64,000 nt of DNA from Amphiscolops sp. MND2022 (GCA_964187785.1 OZ076413.1:47988001-48052000), one strand, 5' to 3'; positions 1 to 13,326 are shown, counted from the stretch's first letter. Notes: a model not told the origin generated them from the sequence alone. Numbers and translations are program-made.

Positions 1-239
1 CAAAAATACAGTCCTCATTTGGCGAGCAGAATTACAACAGTATGACTTGCAACAATAATTACCAAAATTTCATTCGCGATTCGAGCTTGCGCAACCTTCC
101 ATGGACTTGAATTCGTCTCAAAAATGGCGGGTACAGTTGATTCCAAACAATACAGCGACATCTTAGCGACACCTTTAAGTGCTGTTAATTGAAGTCCCTG
201 AGATGACATTTACGTTTTTCAGCAAGACAACGCGAGTAT

Positions 240-520
240 CCATATATCAACTTACACACGTCAATTCTTCGGCACACATTACACGAAGATCAGCATGGCC
301 GTCACACTCACCCGATTCTAATAACATAGAAGACATACTTGCTTCGTTACCCAGCACTGAAGAGAAATACCCACCATATACAAAAGTCTGAGCAGCTATT
401 ACAGAAAATTGCAGAAATATTCTACAAATATTCCTAAAAAAGCTGGAAAATTGTGCGATAATCATCCTATCCGAATGACTGAATTGTCGAAGAATCAACA
501 AGCGGAAATTGTTTGAATCT
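240..520 (+). mobile_element. Possible decayed Tc1/mariner transposase C-terminal remnant
   Basis: ORF 179-391 contains WPSHSPDSNNIE, resembling the Tc1 motif WPxxSPDLNPIE. Another frame downstream gives NIPKKAGKLCDNHPIRMTELSKN, resembling the Tc1 C-terminal LVxSMPxRxxAVI. No TIRs found. Confidence 0.35.
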
Positions 521-1164
521 AGTTCTGTTGAGGTTAATTGGTCTTGATTAAAAGTTGCTGCTTGTTTAGTTTAGTTTTTCAAAACGGGACAACTGGTCTG
601 TCCAAGGACTCAAGCTGCAACATTTGGCACGTTTGATCGAAAGAAAATTTCTGCAGCTGGATAGATTTGATATATATCTTGGCCGCAAGCTAGGTAAGGT
701 CAGATTTTTCGACAAAATGCTGACAAAGAACTCGAAGAAAGCTTGTGCAAAAACACTTCCCAGCCCCAAAAGAAGTCAAGATTCGGTTTTCCAAAAGCAG
801 TCAGTCAAAGTCACGTTTCAAATTTCGCCAACAATAGATGGAAAATAATTAGTTTTTTACCTGAACATGTTGATAACCTATTTGAACCTCAATAACCTAT
901 ATCTCAATTGATCCGTCTGGTTAAAAAGGCCCTGCAAGTCTAAAAGTAAGGCGCCCGCTAACCAGTGGCATATTTTCCGCCCAAACTCGTCTCGCACGAC
1001 ATAAATTTGAGGCTGGAGAATACCCCATGCACAATGAAAATCCAAAGGAAATTGAAGTGACAATCAGTTCGACACATTTTGATTCATCGTCTTCGATTTT
1101 CGAAGGAAACACATAATTCAAGAGCACGCTAGGTCAGTTGTTTTGCTGTTGAACTGTGTGGTTT

Positions 1165-1780
1165 CATTTTAGTTTGTTCTGCGGCTTTTTTGAACATGTC
1201 AGATTTCCTTTTACAAAGAGTCCTGCATGGCTAGTTTTGTCGGGAGCCTACTGAATACTATTTGACAAAAAGGTCGAAATGTTTCATTTTTTTGGGAAAT
1301 TTAAAAGTTTTTCCCAGAAACGTTTGTCCGATTTTTTTGAAACCCGTATTCCGTATTGACAGCTACATGGTTCAAGACTGAGCCTGAAAATTTGAATCGG
1401 GGAAAACGATAGAGAATGGTTCAAAATGCGGAGTATGTTGTCAAAGATTGAGGAAATTCGAATACCTCGACTAGTCGAAGTATTCGAATTTCCTCAATCT
1501 TTGACAACATACTCCGCATTTTGAACCATTCTCTATCGTTTTCCCCGATTCAAATTTTCAGGCTCAGTCTTGAACCATGTAGCTGTCAATACGGAATACG
1601 GGTTTCAAAAAAATCGGACAAACGTTTCTGGGAAAAACTTTTAAATTTCCCAAAAAAATGAAACATTTCGACCTTTTTGTCAAATAGTATTCAGTAGGCT
1701 CCCGACAAAACTAGCCATGCAGGACTCTTTGTAAAAGGAAATCTGACATGTTCAAAAAAGCCGCAAAACAAACTAAAATG
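1165..1780. repeat. 616-bp spacerless palindrome (two 308-bp arms)
   Basis: Centre TCGACT|AGTCGA between 1472 and 1473. The arms pair out to 1165/1780. I noticed only two mismatches (1466/1479 and one near the outer ends). Confidence 0.95.
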
Positions 1781-1968
1781 CTCCTCATTTGTCATATACG
1801 GGGAACTTTTTTCTAAATTCTTTCCTATATAGCGTTTTGAAGAGCCTAGATTTTCAACGTTAAGGTCAACGTTAAGGAGCTCCTCATTTGTCATATACGG
1901 GGAACTTTTTTCTAAATTCTTTCCTATATAGCGTTTTGAAGAGCCTAGATTTTCAACGTTAAGGTCAA
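1780..1968. repeat. 90-bp direct duplication with a short templated spacer
   Basis: 1780-1869 is repeated at 1879-1968. The spacer CGTTAAGGA re-copies the adjacent CGTTAAGG. Confidence 0.9.
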
Positions 1969-3537
1969 TGGATGTCCTAATATGAAAAAAAACGTCATGA
2001 GTTAAACATAATTTTGGACTATTTTGTCATTGTACTGCTTTTTGTGACTTTACGTTTTTGTGAGTTATTTTTGAGAAAAAATCCAACAAGAAACAGATGT
2101 TATCTATTCAAAGAAACCACTGGATATTCAACTGGATTAGTTTTTGAACTTTTTGATTTTTTGAATGACTAAACCTCTCAGAAATTCTGCAAAAAATTGC
2201 ATGAAAAGTTCACATTTTGAAAATTTGGATTTTGAATTCTGTTGTGGTTGTTTTGATGCTTTTTCTAAAAGAAACTGCTGAAATCTTTTCGAAAAAAGCG
2301 TAGATGAGAACTGCCCTATAATCTTTGATGACTTTTAACATGCTCTTCTGCAATTTTTCATAACATTTTTACAAATTTGTACAATAATTGCCGTAAACAC
2401 AAAAATTTTTCCTTCCAAAATTTGTCTTCCAAAAAAACTGCAAACATTTATCAGAGGCGTCCTATATAACTGAGTTTTGTGTCAATAACGTTTTGAACTT
2501 CTAACTACAAAAGTTTATAACTTTGCAGAAATAGTTATCTAAAATGTCAAACTGGAAATTTTTGGTACTTTCAAATACTTTGATGTAACTTTTGACGCAC
2601 TTTCTGACAGAAAATTGCGGATATTTTTTAAACTCTCGTATTGGACCCGTGTTCAATCGTTGCTGTTTGTTTTCAACCTCCTAATCCACGAAACTTCTCA
2701 GAAATGTTTTCTAAACGCAAAAAAAAATAATGTCCAACGATTGGATGTTTTCGATGTTACGACTCATTTGGGGTTATCCTGAAGTGTTCTGAATCAAAAC
2801 ACTGCAATTTTCATTCATAAAAGTGTCTTCCGTTGGTGAAGATTTTGAACTTTCTAACACATGAAATTCTTCAAAAATAATACACTAAGTGTATAATGTT
2901 TTTGGGATCACTTCGAGATTATTTTCTATCAGATTACATTTATCTTTTTACAAAAGCCTACTGGACAGCGAATTCTTTCGTTGCTGAACGTTTTTAACGC
3001 TCTAATTCACGAAATCTATCGGAAATTTGACAACAATTGCATAAGAACAATAAAAATTTTGGTGTTTTTTGCTTTCTGCAGTGACCAGTCTACATTTTTG
3101 ACCAGTCTTCGAGTCTTGCTCGTAGTACCTGAGCGCGTTTGTTCTCTCAAGGTTTTCACAAAGAAACCCTAGCCTTGTCGTGCTCCCTACAAAAAAGTCC
3201 CTCTGCTTTATCGGGAGTTATTGGAGTTGTAAGCACTGAGCCACTGAGTTGTAAAGAATTCTCAAAAAAAACAAGACGTTCACGGCAGAGCGTTCTCACT
3301 TCGAGACTGAAAACTCTGTTGTTGAAATGAATCAGGTTGGGAAACACCCTGGCTTTTTTGAGCGTCTTGTACAGGAAACTTGCAACAAGTTTTCAATTTC
3401 GAGTTAAAATCAACACCCCACGAAACGCTTCGATGAAATTTTGACAAGCACATCGGGCTAGCAAGACAGGTAGAGAAAGCAGTGTAATAATAAGCAATGA
3501 AGTTAGAAATTCTGACACTGGCATGGTTGAAATACTA

Positions 3538-3783
3538 AATTTTCAAACAGTTTGGCTAAAAATTTGACTTCAATATCAGCTGGAAAATTGAAACTGATCA
3601 GGCCCATTTTTGTTTCAGGGTATGCCATTGGGGGTTGAAAGCACAATATCTCTCGTCACCCTTTTTCAAACAGTTTGGCTAAACATTTGACTTCAATATC
3701 GGCAGGAAAATTGAAACTGATCAGGCCCATTTTTGTTTCAGGGAATGCCATTGGGGGTTGAAAGCACAATATCTCTCGTCACC
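3538..3783. repeat. 123-bp tandem duplication, two copies
   Basis: TTTCAAACAGTTTGGCTAAA...GCACAATATCTCTCGTCACC occurs at ~3538-3660 and ~3661-3783 with a few substitutions. Confidence 0.9.
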
Positions 3784-4408
3784 ATTTTTCGTGAAAATTT
3801 TTCACCAGATCACCATGATAGGAGATTTTTTGACATGTAATCGTGTGGCAGAGAACAAAGCAAACGTTTGCTACATTCAACAAACTAACAAAAGACACGA
3901 CCATGATTGGACTTTTCAAAACATAAAACCTGGCCGAACCTTTTTCTTTGGATTTTTTCCATGCAGATTGGCAAAAGCTTACAAATTCTACGTTTTCAAT
4001 TGTATATATGTTGAACAGAAATGCAAAGTCTTTTGACAGAACGATGAAAATTTCTAAACGAAAGTCAATGTTATCATGAGAATTCGACTCAAAGACGAAA
4101 CGGTGGATCTAAAGATCAAGACGTAAAACAGGGAACATTGTTCACTTTAATATATTATAACTAAAGGAGTTCCGAGCGAGCAAGTCTCGGTAAATTGAAG
4201 AAACATGTTTTCGCTCAATCGAAAAACGTCACAGCCAGAGTACACTGTGGAAAATATATCAAAGTGTAGCTGTATTAGAACTGCTTCCATACATTCAAGA
4301 CTGAAAAATGGTTGACGTCTTGTGTCGCAATCTTGTTCATCAGCCTGAGAGTCTACTGAGATCTGCCTGTTTAGGCCTCTATGACTGCTGAATTTAGTAG
4401 TTGATTTG

Positions 4409-5602
4409 CTACAGCTGACAAAAGCATTCTCCAGGGCTTTTGTCTAGTCTCCTGGACCGGTGGTCCAATTGGCTGAAATGACCTACAGAACTAGTGTCTA
4501 GTCTGCCGGAGCTGCAGTCCACATTACTGAAATGATCTCTGGGGCTCCTGTCTAGTTCACCAGACCTGTGGTCCCTCATTGAATTTGTTCCCAATTTTTC
4601 TGAATCTCTACTATATCCAGAAAGCCGGGAAGCACTTTTTCTGCAATTGCGGAAATAAATACTTCTAAAATCTGATTATTTGGGTCTTACCTAATTTCGT
4701 CTAGTTTCATAGTAACTTGACTAGTGAATTCGTTGTTAATCATCCTTGCGGTCTCTATAGTAATTTCACTGTTTTCTTGACTAATTGTATTTTTCAGAGA
4801 TCTAAAATCTTCACTGGTTGGATTAGCTGCCTGCAGTCCGTTGGACTCAAGGTGTCCTTCAGTTTTTCTCTCACCTGACCGATATTCTAGTTCGTTTCAA
4901 GAGTATTTACCCAACATTAAATCCATATTTTCTAAATCAAACATCACGTCAGATTGTCTTGACCTTTTTCTACTTAGCCTTCTGTTGACTTGTTGAGGGC
5001 ATTTGAAAAGTTCGATGCTCGAGAAAGAGTATATTTGAGTTTTTGTTTGTTAACAGAATTTGAACTGTAAGAACGCAAAGTAAAATGAGAATATCAGGAA
5101 GATCCACTTGTAAGCAACGGTTTGTATTCACTGGTTTGTAGCGTCGTATTTAAGGTTGTGTCCCTTGGACTACGGGGACCATCTATTTAGAGTAAATGAT
5201 ACATGACTAGCAAATTTATGGTGAACATGTTCCTAAAATTAGCAACTAGTGCGGGTTAAAATAACCCTTCAGCCTGACGTCAGTATCACGTCACAGTTAG
5301 GTCATGACTGAAAATAGCATCGATTGGTAATTGAATTTATAATGAGAATGGGGGGACTGGAGGGCGGTCTGTCTTTTAAGTTACGTGGCAAATAGTTCGA
5401 AAGACAATCACATGTTTACTTTATACTCTATATGAAATACATCATGGCGGACTGGTAGTTCATTTGACTAGATAATATTAGCAAGCAACAGCATAATGGA
5501 CTGTGAACGGCAAGAGAACACTAGCACGTGATTGGTTAATAATCCTCAGGGACTGCGCGTTGAATTGGCTAGAGTGAAGTTCCTTTATTGTATACAGTAA
5601 CA
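4409..5602 (-). mobile_element. Truncated LTR-retroelement remnant (LTR-like, PBS-like and decayed gag-like ORF)
   Basis: On the minus strand, a TGTTAC start at 5602 opens a ~420-bp LTR-like block, followed by TGGTCCCC (5181 downward, PBS-like). A broken ORF follows from ATG 5002 (MPSTSQQKAK / RKRSRQSDVMFDLENMDLMLG / SEDFRSLKNTISQENSEITIETARMINNE / ISAIAEKVLP). The gag-like call rests on position and resemblance only. No partner LTR seen. Confidence 0.4.
4442..4590 (-). repeat. 54-bp degenerate tandem repeat, about three copies (18-aa repeat in ORF 4409-4594)
   Basis: GTCTAGT recurs at 4442, 4496 and 4550. Translation: DHRSGELDRSPRDHFSNV / DCSSGRLDTSSVGHFSQL / DHRSRRLDKSPGECFCQL. Confidence 0.75.
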
Positions 5603-7074
5603 TTATAGCACTTGTCTCAATTATCAATCCAAAAGAAACAACAACAAAACGTTTGTGGTTTACTTTAACACTAATACATATTACATGTCTAACAACAATA
5701 CTCTAATATAGTGTTCATACAAAACATACTATTTCAAGTCTAAAAGTTTATAGGGAGATGGACCAATGGTCCCCCTGATCACAGTGGTAGGACTCCGGGT
5801 ATGAAGGGCAGATTGCTGTCATTACGGGCTATTTGACATCGATTGCCGTCACAAGCGGCAGCCTGCGACATCTTGTTCAACGTAAAATTATCTCGACAAA
5901 CTGAAAGTTTCCATTTTTGTTGCCAGTGAAAACCGATGGACCACCTTAAGTGTTCTGTAGCTTGCACTTTTTTCATATTCTGTTGAAACAACCTTTTTCA
6001 TATCTTACTTTTACTTACTTTTTACCCTGGAGGAAAATCCGAAGAAAAACCACGGCATCGATATCAAAACGTGTCAATTGCGCATGTAGTAGCCAAACCA
6101 GAATTCTGGACTGCGTTAAACGTAATCTTGTCAAAAAATGATTATGGTTGTGTGCAAGTATACGTTTTTGACTATATGTTGATTTGCAAATATGCATGCA
6201 GTTTTTAGGCTACTGCAACATACGTTGTTAGTTCTTAGTGTCAAATTTTGTCTTCCAAATTTATAAGAGGCGCTTTCGTAACATATAGCTTCCTCACCAA
6301 TCAGTTTGCTTTCTTCATTTAAACTACCTTCGAAAAACGCTTCTTTGCAACTTGATCAATGATTTTTCTTTTTTCATTTGATTTGACAACGAAGACAATG
6401 TTTTCGACAAAAGTCAGTCTCTAATTGAAATGCATCAAACAGCATTTTTATGTGCTCCCAGTTTTAACAAGCCGCGAACGACCCAATTTGTCCAAAAATG
6501 GAGTTCAAATATGCATTAATTCATCAAATTTACCGTGCCAGAAAAAGCCAGAATGAATGTCCACAAAATTCGAAAACCGCTTTTTCCTTAATGAAAACCT
6601 CAACAAAACAGTTTTTAGGAAATTTTTTTAAAAAAAGTCATGAGGTGCCGAAAAAGGAACTTTAAGCTCGCAAGACACTTTTTCAAGTCGGAAACATTTA
6701 ATATAGTGAACGGGGTTGTCATTCTTAGAACACTGAGAAAAGTTTTCCTTTGCAAAAAAAAAGAGAAAAAAGCAACTGTTTTGCAAAAATATTCTTTTCC
6801 AAAAAAATTGTAGCCTTCTATGCTCGCAAAACGCTTTCCTGCAAAAACTCAAAGGGTGCACTTCGATTAAAAAAAATCACAACAAAGTCGCACAGTGTCA
6901 AACAACTCAAAGCAGGGTGGGGTGGTACAACAATGTTTTGTTTTAGTGCGAGCTGGAACCTACGTAACTTATAGATTTGATTATAGAAATCTGTCAGTTC
7001 GCGAGAGGCCCACTGTACCGGACACTTAAAATACACACAAGTTATTCAACTTCTAATTACCATTAAAAAAGAAT

Positions 7075-8470
7075 GACAAATTCTGTCATCCGATTTACCA
7101 ATGAAAGTTTACCTGCAACATTCCAGCTAACGAAAACTATATGGCCTTTTTCCAACAGACGAAAAAGAAGTCGGAACAGTGATTTTGAATTTAAAAAAGG
7201 AGAAAAGTTTCGGACTTGACGGTATTAGTAATTAGTAGGGAAATACACAAATGTTGCCTCTCGATAGTTGAACCGTATCTAGCTGGTAACAATTGAACAA
7301 TATGTTTTTCCTAGTTTGTTGAAAGTTCCAAAACCTATGCAGTTTTTCGAAAAAAATCAAGATCTAAACCGGAAAACTACCGTCTCAATTAGATTAATAA
7401 GTCATCTCAGCAGAGTATTTGAAAAACTTTTGTATCAGCGACTGATTAATTTCTGTGAAAAAGCTGATTGTTTACAACTGCACAGTTCGGTTTTCGATCG
7501 AGAAGATCATGTGCTGATGCAAAAACGACAGTGACAGATTACATCAGGAATGAGATTGAGAACATTATAGGGGACGAGCTTGTTTTATAGATCCACAGAA
7601 AGCGTTTAATACACTTGATCATGATATCTTACTGACGAAATTCAATGAACTTGGGATTGAAGGTGATGTAAACTATCTTTTAGTAGCTATTCAGGTGAAC
7701 ATGTTCCTTGTATCAGTAAAACTTGTATAACTACCAACAGTCAAAAATTGAAACCAATTGAAGGCTAATTTTTTGGCAATTATTTCTACTTTACATCAAC
7801 ATAACGAATTGTGATATCAACTGCAAGATAGCGCTTTTTGCAGGCGACGCTAGTGTTTTGAAAGTAAGTCGAAAAATGATAGGTTGATGACTTCATTAGC
7901 ACTCAGCGAAGAAGCTTTGACAATTTGGGTAAATGTGAAATTTTGTGTCTCGGTTCACGGAAACCTGATGAAATCAAAATGATGGATACAACCATTCAGT
8001 GTGGATGTGGAAATAAAACCGTGGAAATATTAAGGCATTCACCTGGGTAGTTCGGTAAAATTCAGTCATAATTCTGTATAAGTAGTCAAAATGTTGAACA
8101 AATTTTGTGACCTCTAAAGAATTTTTCCGAAAATGCCGTACGATGTTCTAAAACTCATTTGGAAGGTCCGTACACAGCAGCTATAACCACTCTACGAAAA
8201 TTAAATCGACTCAGCGACGTACCTTGAGGGCAGTTTTTGTCAAACGAAAGTACGACTCTTTAGGAAACTTTTTGCTTCAAAATCAAAATCTTTATCTGGA
8301 CGGGTTCAGATAAAATCCTCATCTACTTTTCTGGCTCAATTCGAAACTATTTCTAGTAGGAGTAAAACCACAAAGTTTCAGATAAATTTTTCATTTCCCC
8401 TGGCTAGAGAACGTACGTTAATAAAACTAAATAGCTTTGAAATGGACTTTGTTAGAGTTAAAACTGGTTA
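7075..8470 (+). mobile_element. Decayed non-LTR (LINE, CR1/L2-like) reverse transcriptase fragment
   Basis: Motifs across frames: PTDEKEVGTVILNLKKEKSFGLDGISN; SHLSRVFEKLLYQRL; FIDPQKAFNTLDHDILLTK; FLLYIN; IALFAGDA (FADD decayed, 7837-7848). Many stops and frameshifts. Confidence 0.85.
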
Positions 8471-8537
8471 AATCAGTTCAGTCTTGCACCCTGTTACTTG
8501 CATTTGATGGCCAAATCACAAACTCAAAACTACAATA

Positions 8538-9040
8538 AACAAGACGAGAACGCCTCAAGTCGGCACTATATCTAAGGCTCAAAAAGCGCAAAACATTTTT
8601 TTGGAAAAAAACTTGAAATTATCGAAAAAAAAATTCTTTCGGAAAATGTCGGACAGTGCCGAAAAATGTAAAAGGGGGGACCCTTTTTGATTTATAAACA
8701 CGCATTCTGTAGCAAAATAACAAAAAACTCAAAGGGGGGACCCTTTGAGGACATTAAAAAAAATTCGAAAAAATCTCACAGCGCCGAAAAAAAATCGAAG
8801 GGGGGGGGGGTACGAAACTTAAGTCCCGTCCGGGCTTGTATGTAACGTTTAAAAAGTAAATGAATGCGCTCCCCGTTTGCCTTTAGCGGTCCAGTAGTTT
8901 AGTACTTATTTAGTGGTTGAACGTTAATTTTAACGTTCGTCGCTTCGAGTCTGTCTTAAATAAAATAAAAAAAAACGAGTGACTGTAATAGTCGGGCTTT
9001 TTTCTTAAGAAAAACGCCGACTAAAAACTAGAAAGACTCT
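8538..9040 (+). mobile_element. Interspersed repeat, same family as 12119-12852
   Basis: Begins AACAAGACG...ATATCTAAGGCTCAAAAAGCGC. Internal GTGCCGAAAAA and AAGGGGGGACCC modules are shared with 12.1-13.3 kb and, more loosely, with 6.6-7.0 kb. Confidence 0.65.
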
Positions 9041-10234
9041 ACATCAGTAACAACCGTCAACGGTTCATTTTTTTGGAAGTTGCTCCGAAATTTCAAATTT
9101 CAAAGTATCTCAAAGGTTAAAGTGCCTTCAAGTTGATTTTCCAGTGTGAGAACTCGAAAAGCTACTAATCTCCTCGCTCATCCTTATTGGATCATCTGTA
9201 CATAGAGCATTTCATTTTTTAAATGCCTTACTAGTATATCTAGTGAAATTAAACATTCAACTTTCGAAAGAAAACGAAAGGATAGCGCGAATGAAATAAG
9301 AAATATCGAAACAATTTTTACGCACAACCGAAACAAAGACATAATTGCAAACACAAGATCAGTGGGGTGACACTAGGGCAAACACCACAAGCGATGAGCC
9401 TTCGAGATCTGAACCAGATACGTCTTCAGAAACCCAAGCGCCAGGAAACAATACAGATTCTGACATCGAAGATGTTCCTCTATGTCCATCAAAAAGGATA
9501 GATTAAAAGAACCTGCTAGACCATTTGCACTACGAGATTTAGAATAAGATCATACTATAAACATTAATGAAATACTGTATGATGGACATCACACTAATAA
9601 TTTAGAACAAAGCGGGACCGCCTAAAATCCATGCACTAAGGGATCAGTACTGGGTTGTTACCACGTAGGCCAACATTGGGATTTTTCTCTGAGAAACACA
9701 TATTTCTTTTCTAAGAGCGGTTGTTCTAACCCACGAAAATATCCCAAAACTTTGTTAAATTCAGAAGTGATTGTAAATTGTACATCATTTATGGCTTTCT
9801 GGGGTCGTTATAGGTTATTTTTCAAAAGAAAACACTTTCTTTTTATCTTCAAAACAGCGTTCTAGATAGCTGCCTCTTTTGTCGTTGGATGCTTTGGATA
9901 TTTTACTATTAAGCAATGAGAGAAACTTTCGAAAGTTCATTTCCTAAAATCAGCTATGACTTCTAAGATCTCGAGAAAAGAACATTTAACGGAACCTACT
10001 TGCAATCAATTTAGTCCTAATCAATAGCTTCAGCACACGTTCCTCATCCAGTATGTTGAGGCTTCGATTTCAAGTCGACAGTTTTGTTTTCAGTAATTTT
10101 TTAAATGTTATTTTTCAACACAGAGGCGAAGCGGTGCTTCGCAACACATGACGAAGACAACGATTTTAATATGCGTATATATATTATTTTAATCGCATGC
10201 GTATATATTCAACAGTTCAACTTTATTCAATAGC

Positions 10235-10307
10235 GTCCTTATGGCACAGTGGTTAACACTTATGCCGCGCAATCGGGAGGCTGCAGGTTCGAATCTCTCT
10301 GGGGTTT
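10235..10307 (+). mobile_element. tRNA-derived SINE head or tRNA pseudogene
   Basis: A-box-like TGGCACAGTGG (10242-10252) and B-box GGTTCGAATC (10286-10295) at tRNA-like spacing. The acceptor stem pairs poorly. Confidence 0.5.
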
Positions 10308-12118
10308 TGGCTTTTCTCTAAAAGGCGCTTATTATGAAGTTGGCTATTGTGGAAAAAAAAACTTTCTTAGCTGGACTGCAATGCACATTGACTTCGTCAT
10401 GTGCAAAAAAATAAACGAGTTTTTTCTTAACCAAATCGCTGTCGCAGGAACTTCGAATGTGAAAGCAACCCTTGGATAAAGTGATAAAGGAAGCATTCCA
10501 ATTGTTGCCATATGGCGTACAAATTACATCACATAAAAGTCAATTTTTATACAAAAAGTTTTTTGAATATTACAAAATCAATGGAATTCATGAGCCGGCC
10601 AGTCCTGAGTTTTTTTGGGAATTGGGTATTAAAATTTCGAGCGACGTTCTGTCTGTTTATCTCGGTTTTTCACACATCATCATCGTGTGATATTTTTCCG
10701 CTCCGAATGGTTTTTTGCAGTTTTGACACCGCTAATCAGCGATTTAGCGATTCAATTTAGCGGCAACTAAGATTGTCCAAATTCAAAATTTCGTCGGAAA
10801 ATACAAGGAGTTTCAAAATGAAATTCAAAAAATTCCAACTCTTCATCTGTAAAACCCAGTTTAAAAAGATCTAGTTTTTTCTTGCAAAAATTGAATTACG
10901 TTATCGTTAATGCTTGAAACATTTAATGGTTGGAAGATAAGTTTTTCAGCGAAATAGCGATTTTGAAATTTGTGGTTTAGCGGAAAAAATTAGCGATGTC
11001 GAAACTCTGGTTTTTAGTAAAAGCGGAAATCTTGACACTGCTGGCTTTGACACATTATTCTTCGGAGGACATGAGAAATGCGCAGAAAAATTGGAGTACT
11101 TCAGCTGAAATTAGTTTCAACAGAGACAATCATTGTTGTTGGTCCCTTGATTAAATACTAGATTGCAAGTCTCAAGGGTGGTTCACATGCAAGCCGGCGT
11201 ATGCAGACTGATTCATACAAAGCATACATTGTTTTCAATGGTCCGAAAAGATTTGTTTTCTGCTTGATTTCAGTTTCAGGCTGTTTAGTGTTGAAATGTC
11301 AAGTGAGTCTTATATTCGCAGATTTCCGTCAAGATTTCTTTAGCATATATTCATGTGAATTATGTCGAAATTTTGTTATTTTGCGATCCAGAAAAGGCTC
11401 AAAATTTCATTTGATCACACAGGTTTCTACAAAAAGTTTTGCGAAGTACCGGTTTAATTCAGTTACCTGGTGTTCTATTCTAACTTGGTTATAAAAAGAA
11501 ATGGTTTTAAAAAAAGCTTTTTTGCCATTTTAGTTGTTCTTCGTCCAATCAATTAAAGGATTGATTATTACTCGCAATGTTTTGAAGTTTTTTTGATGTT
11601 CCATCAGTTTCTCAGGGTGACTTGATAGGTAATGTTTAGGCAAATTGCCCATGGAATGTTTGCTGAACAAGTATTTTTTCTTACAAAATTAACAAGTTGC
11701 ATCAACACCTTCTTCATAAAAGGGGAGGGATGTCAAACAGTCAATTGTAATGTTTCCGTTGCGTTTTCGCGCGCGCACACTTCAGAGTCAATTTAAAGAA
11801 AAAGCTTCCCAAACTTGGGGAAATTTCACGCAACGCTGGTGAATACGTGGAGAAATTACAAACGAGTCAAAAGTGTGTTATTTGATAAAATTTTAAAGGA
11901 AAGCAAAAAAACACGACTTCACAAAGTATTTGTCCGTGGACAGTCACATACATTGTGCTTTCGCCCATTTTTGAGAAAGTTATTGTGAATTTTTTAGAAA
12001 GATAGAATGAACGACGAACGAACACTAACATTCGTTTGTCGATACATCACGCGCCGCCTTCCCATCAAGACGACAGCGATGATTTTGGGTCGAAATCACT
12101 CAAGCTTCGAGAGACTTA

Positions 12119-12852
12119 ACAAGACGGGAAGGTCTGAAGTCAGCGCTATACCTAAGGCTCAAAAAGCGCTGTTTTTAAAATTTGCTTAGGTTTTTTATGA
12201 AAAACTCCCAAAAATTTCGAAACACTCAAAGGGTGCCGTTAGTGCTCGCTAAATGTTTCAGAAGTTCAGATATAACGTGCTGGGACAAATGGGAGCACTC
12301 ATGTTTAGTCGGCGCATTTTTCTTTAAAAGGAAAAAAGCCCCACTATTAAGGTGACTCGTTTTTTTGTCAGACAACAGAATATATGCGTAGTGGACACTT
12401 TTTACAGAACTACTAAACTACTGGACCGGCAAGCGGAAACGCATTTAAGTTAGTGCAAAGGGTCCTTTCATTTATTCCAAGATACAAAACCGGACGTCTC
12501 AGTGAAAGAAGACTCGTCCGGGACCATTCAATTTTTGATTTTTGCAGCAAACTGGTGTTTCAAAAAGTCACCCCTTTCAAGTTTTTCGGCACTATGAGAC
12601 TGTTTCAAAAATTCTTATTTAGTCTGAAATTGGGTTTTCTCAATATATACTCACAATTATTTTTTAAAATACTATCCAAAATTTTGAAGTAATATCCGGA
12701 GTAGAGCGTTATATCCGAACTTTATTGCGTTTTACTAAGGAGGAGGCGAAGGTTCGAAAACAAGTTTTGTATGAAAACGTTTTACGCATACTTTAAAAAC
12801 TGCGGTTTTTGAGCCTTAGATACAGCACAGACTTTAGACGTTCCCGTCTTGT
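12119..12852. mobile_element. MITE-like element with ~50-bp terminal inverted repeats
   Basis: Left end ACAAGACGGGAAGGTCTGAAGTCAGCGCTATACCTAAGGCTCAAAAAGCGC matches the reverse complement of the right end (ACAAGACGGGAACGTCTAAAGTCTGTGCTGTATCTAAGGCTCAAAAACCGC). Flanks fit a TA or TTAA TSD. It could instead be two head-to-head copies of one repeat. Confidence 0.55.
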
Positions 12853-12899
12853 TAAACATCTACCTCCTCCTCAGTAAAATTCAATATAGTTCGGTTTTA

Positions 12900-13326
12900 C
12901 TCCGGGTATTACGTCAAAAATTCGGATAGTATTGAAAAAAAATATTCGTGGATATATAATGAGAAAACCTAATATCAGACGAAAAAAGAATTTTGAAGTC
13001 TCATATTGTCGAAAAATGTAGAAGGGGGACCCATTTGGTTTTTTAAATATTCAATCTGTTGCAGTATATCAAAAAAATTGAAGGGGAGACATTACAACAT
13101 TTTCGAAAAAGTATTACAAAGCCGAAAAAGGGGGAAAGACTCATAGTGCCGAAAAAAAGGGACTCTTCTGCTTGGGAATGGTTTTGTATTTCATGCTAGA
13201 GGCTTTTTCATTCTTTTCGAAAATTATTTTGCAACAAGCTGGACTTTTTTTGCGCTTTTTTACAATTTTAAAAACTTTGCGCTTTTTGAGCCTTAGATAC
13301 AGCGCCGAGTTTCGACATTCCCGTCT
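12900..13326 (-). mobile_element. Reverse-oriented partial copy of the same repeat family
   Basis: Ends GCGCTTTTTGAGCCTTAGATACAGCGCCGAGTTTCGACATTCCCGTCT and has GTGCCGAAAAA and GGGGACCC modules. Confidence 0.6.

Noticed and set aside
10235-10307. Functional tRNA gene
   Set aside because: The acceptor and anticodon stems do not pair properly.
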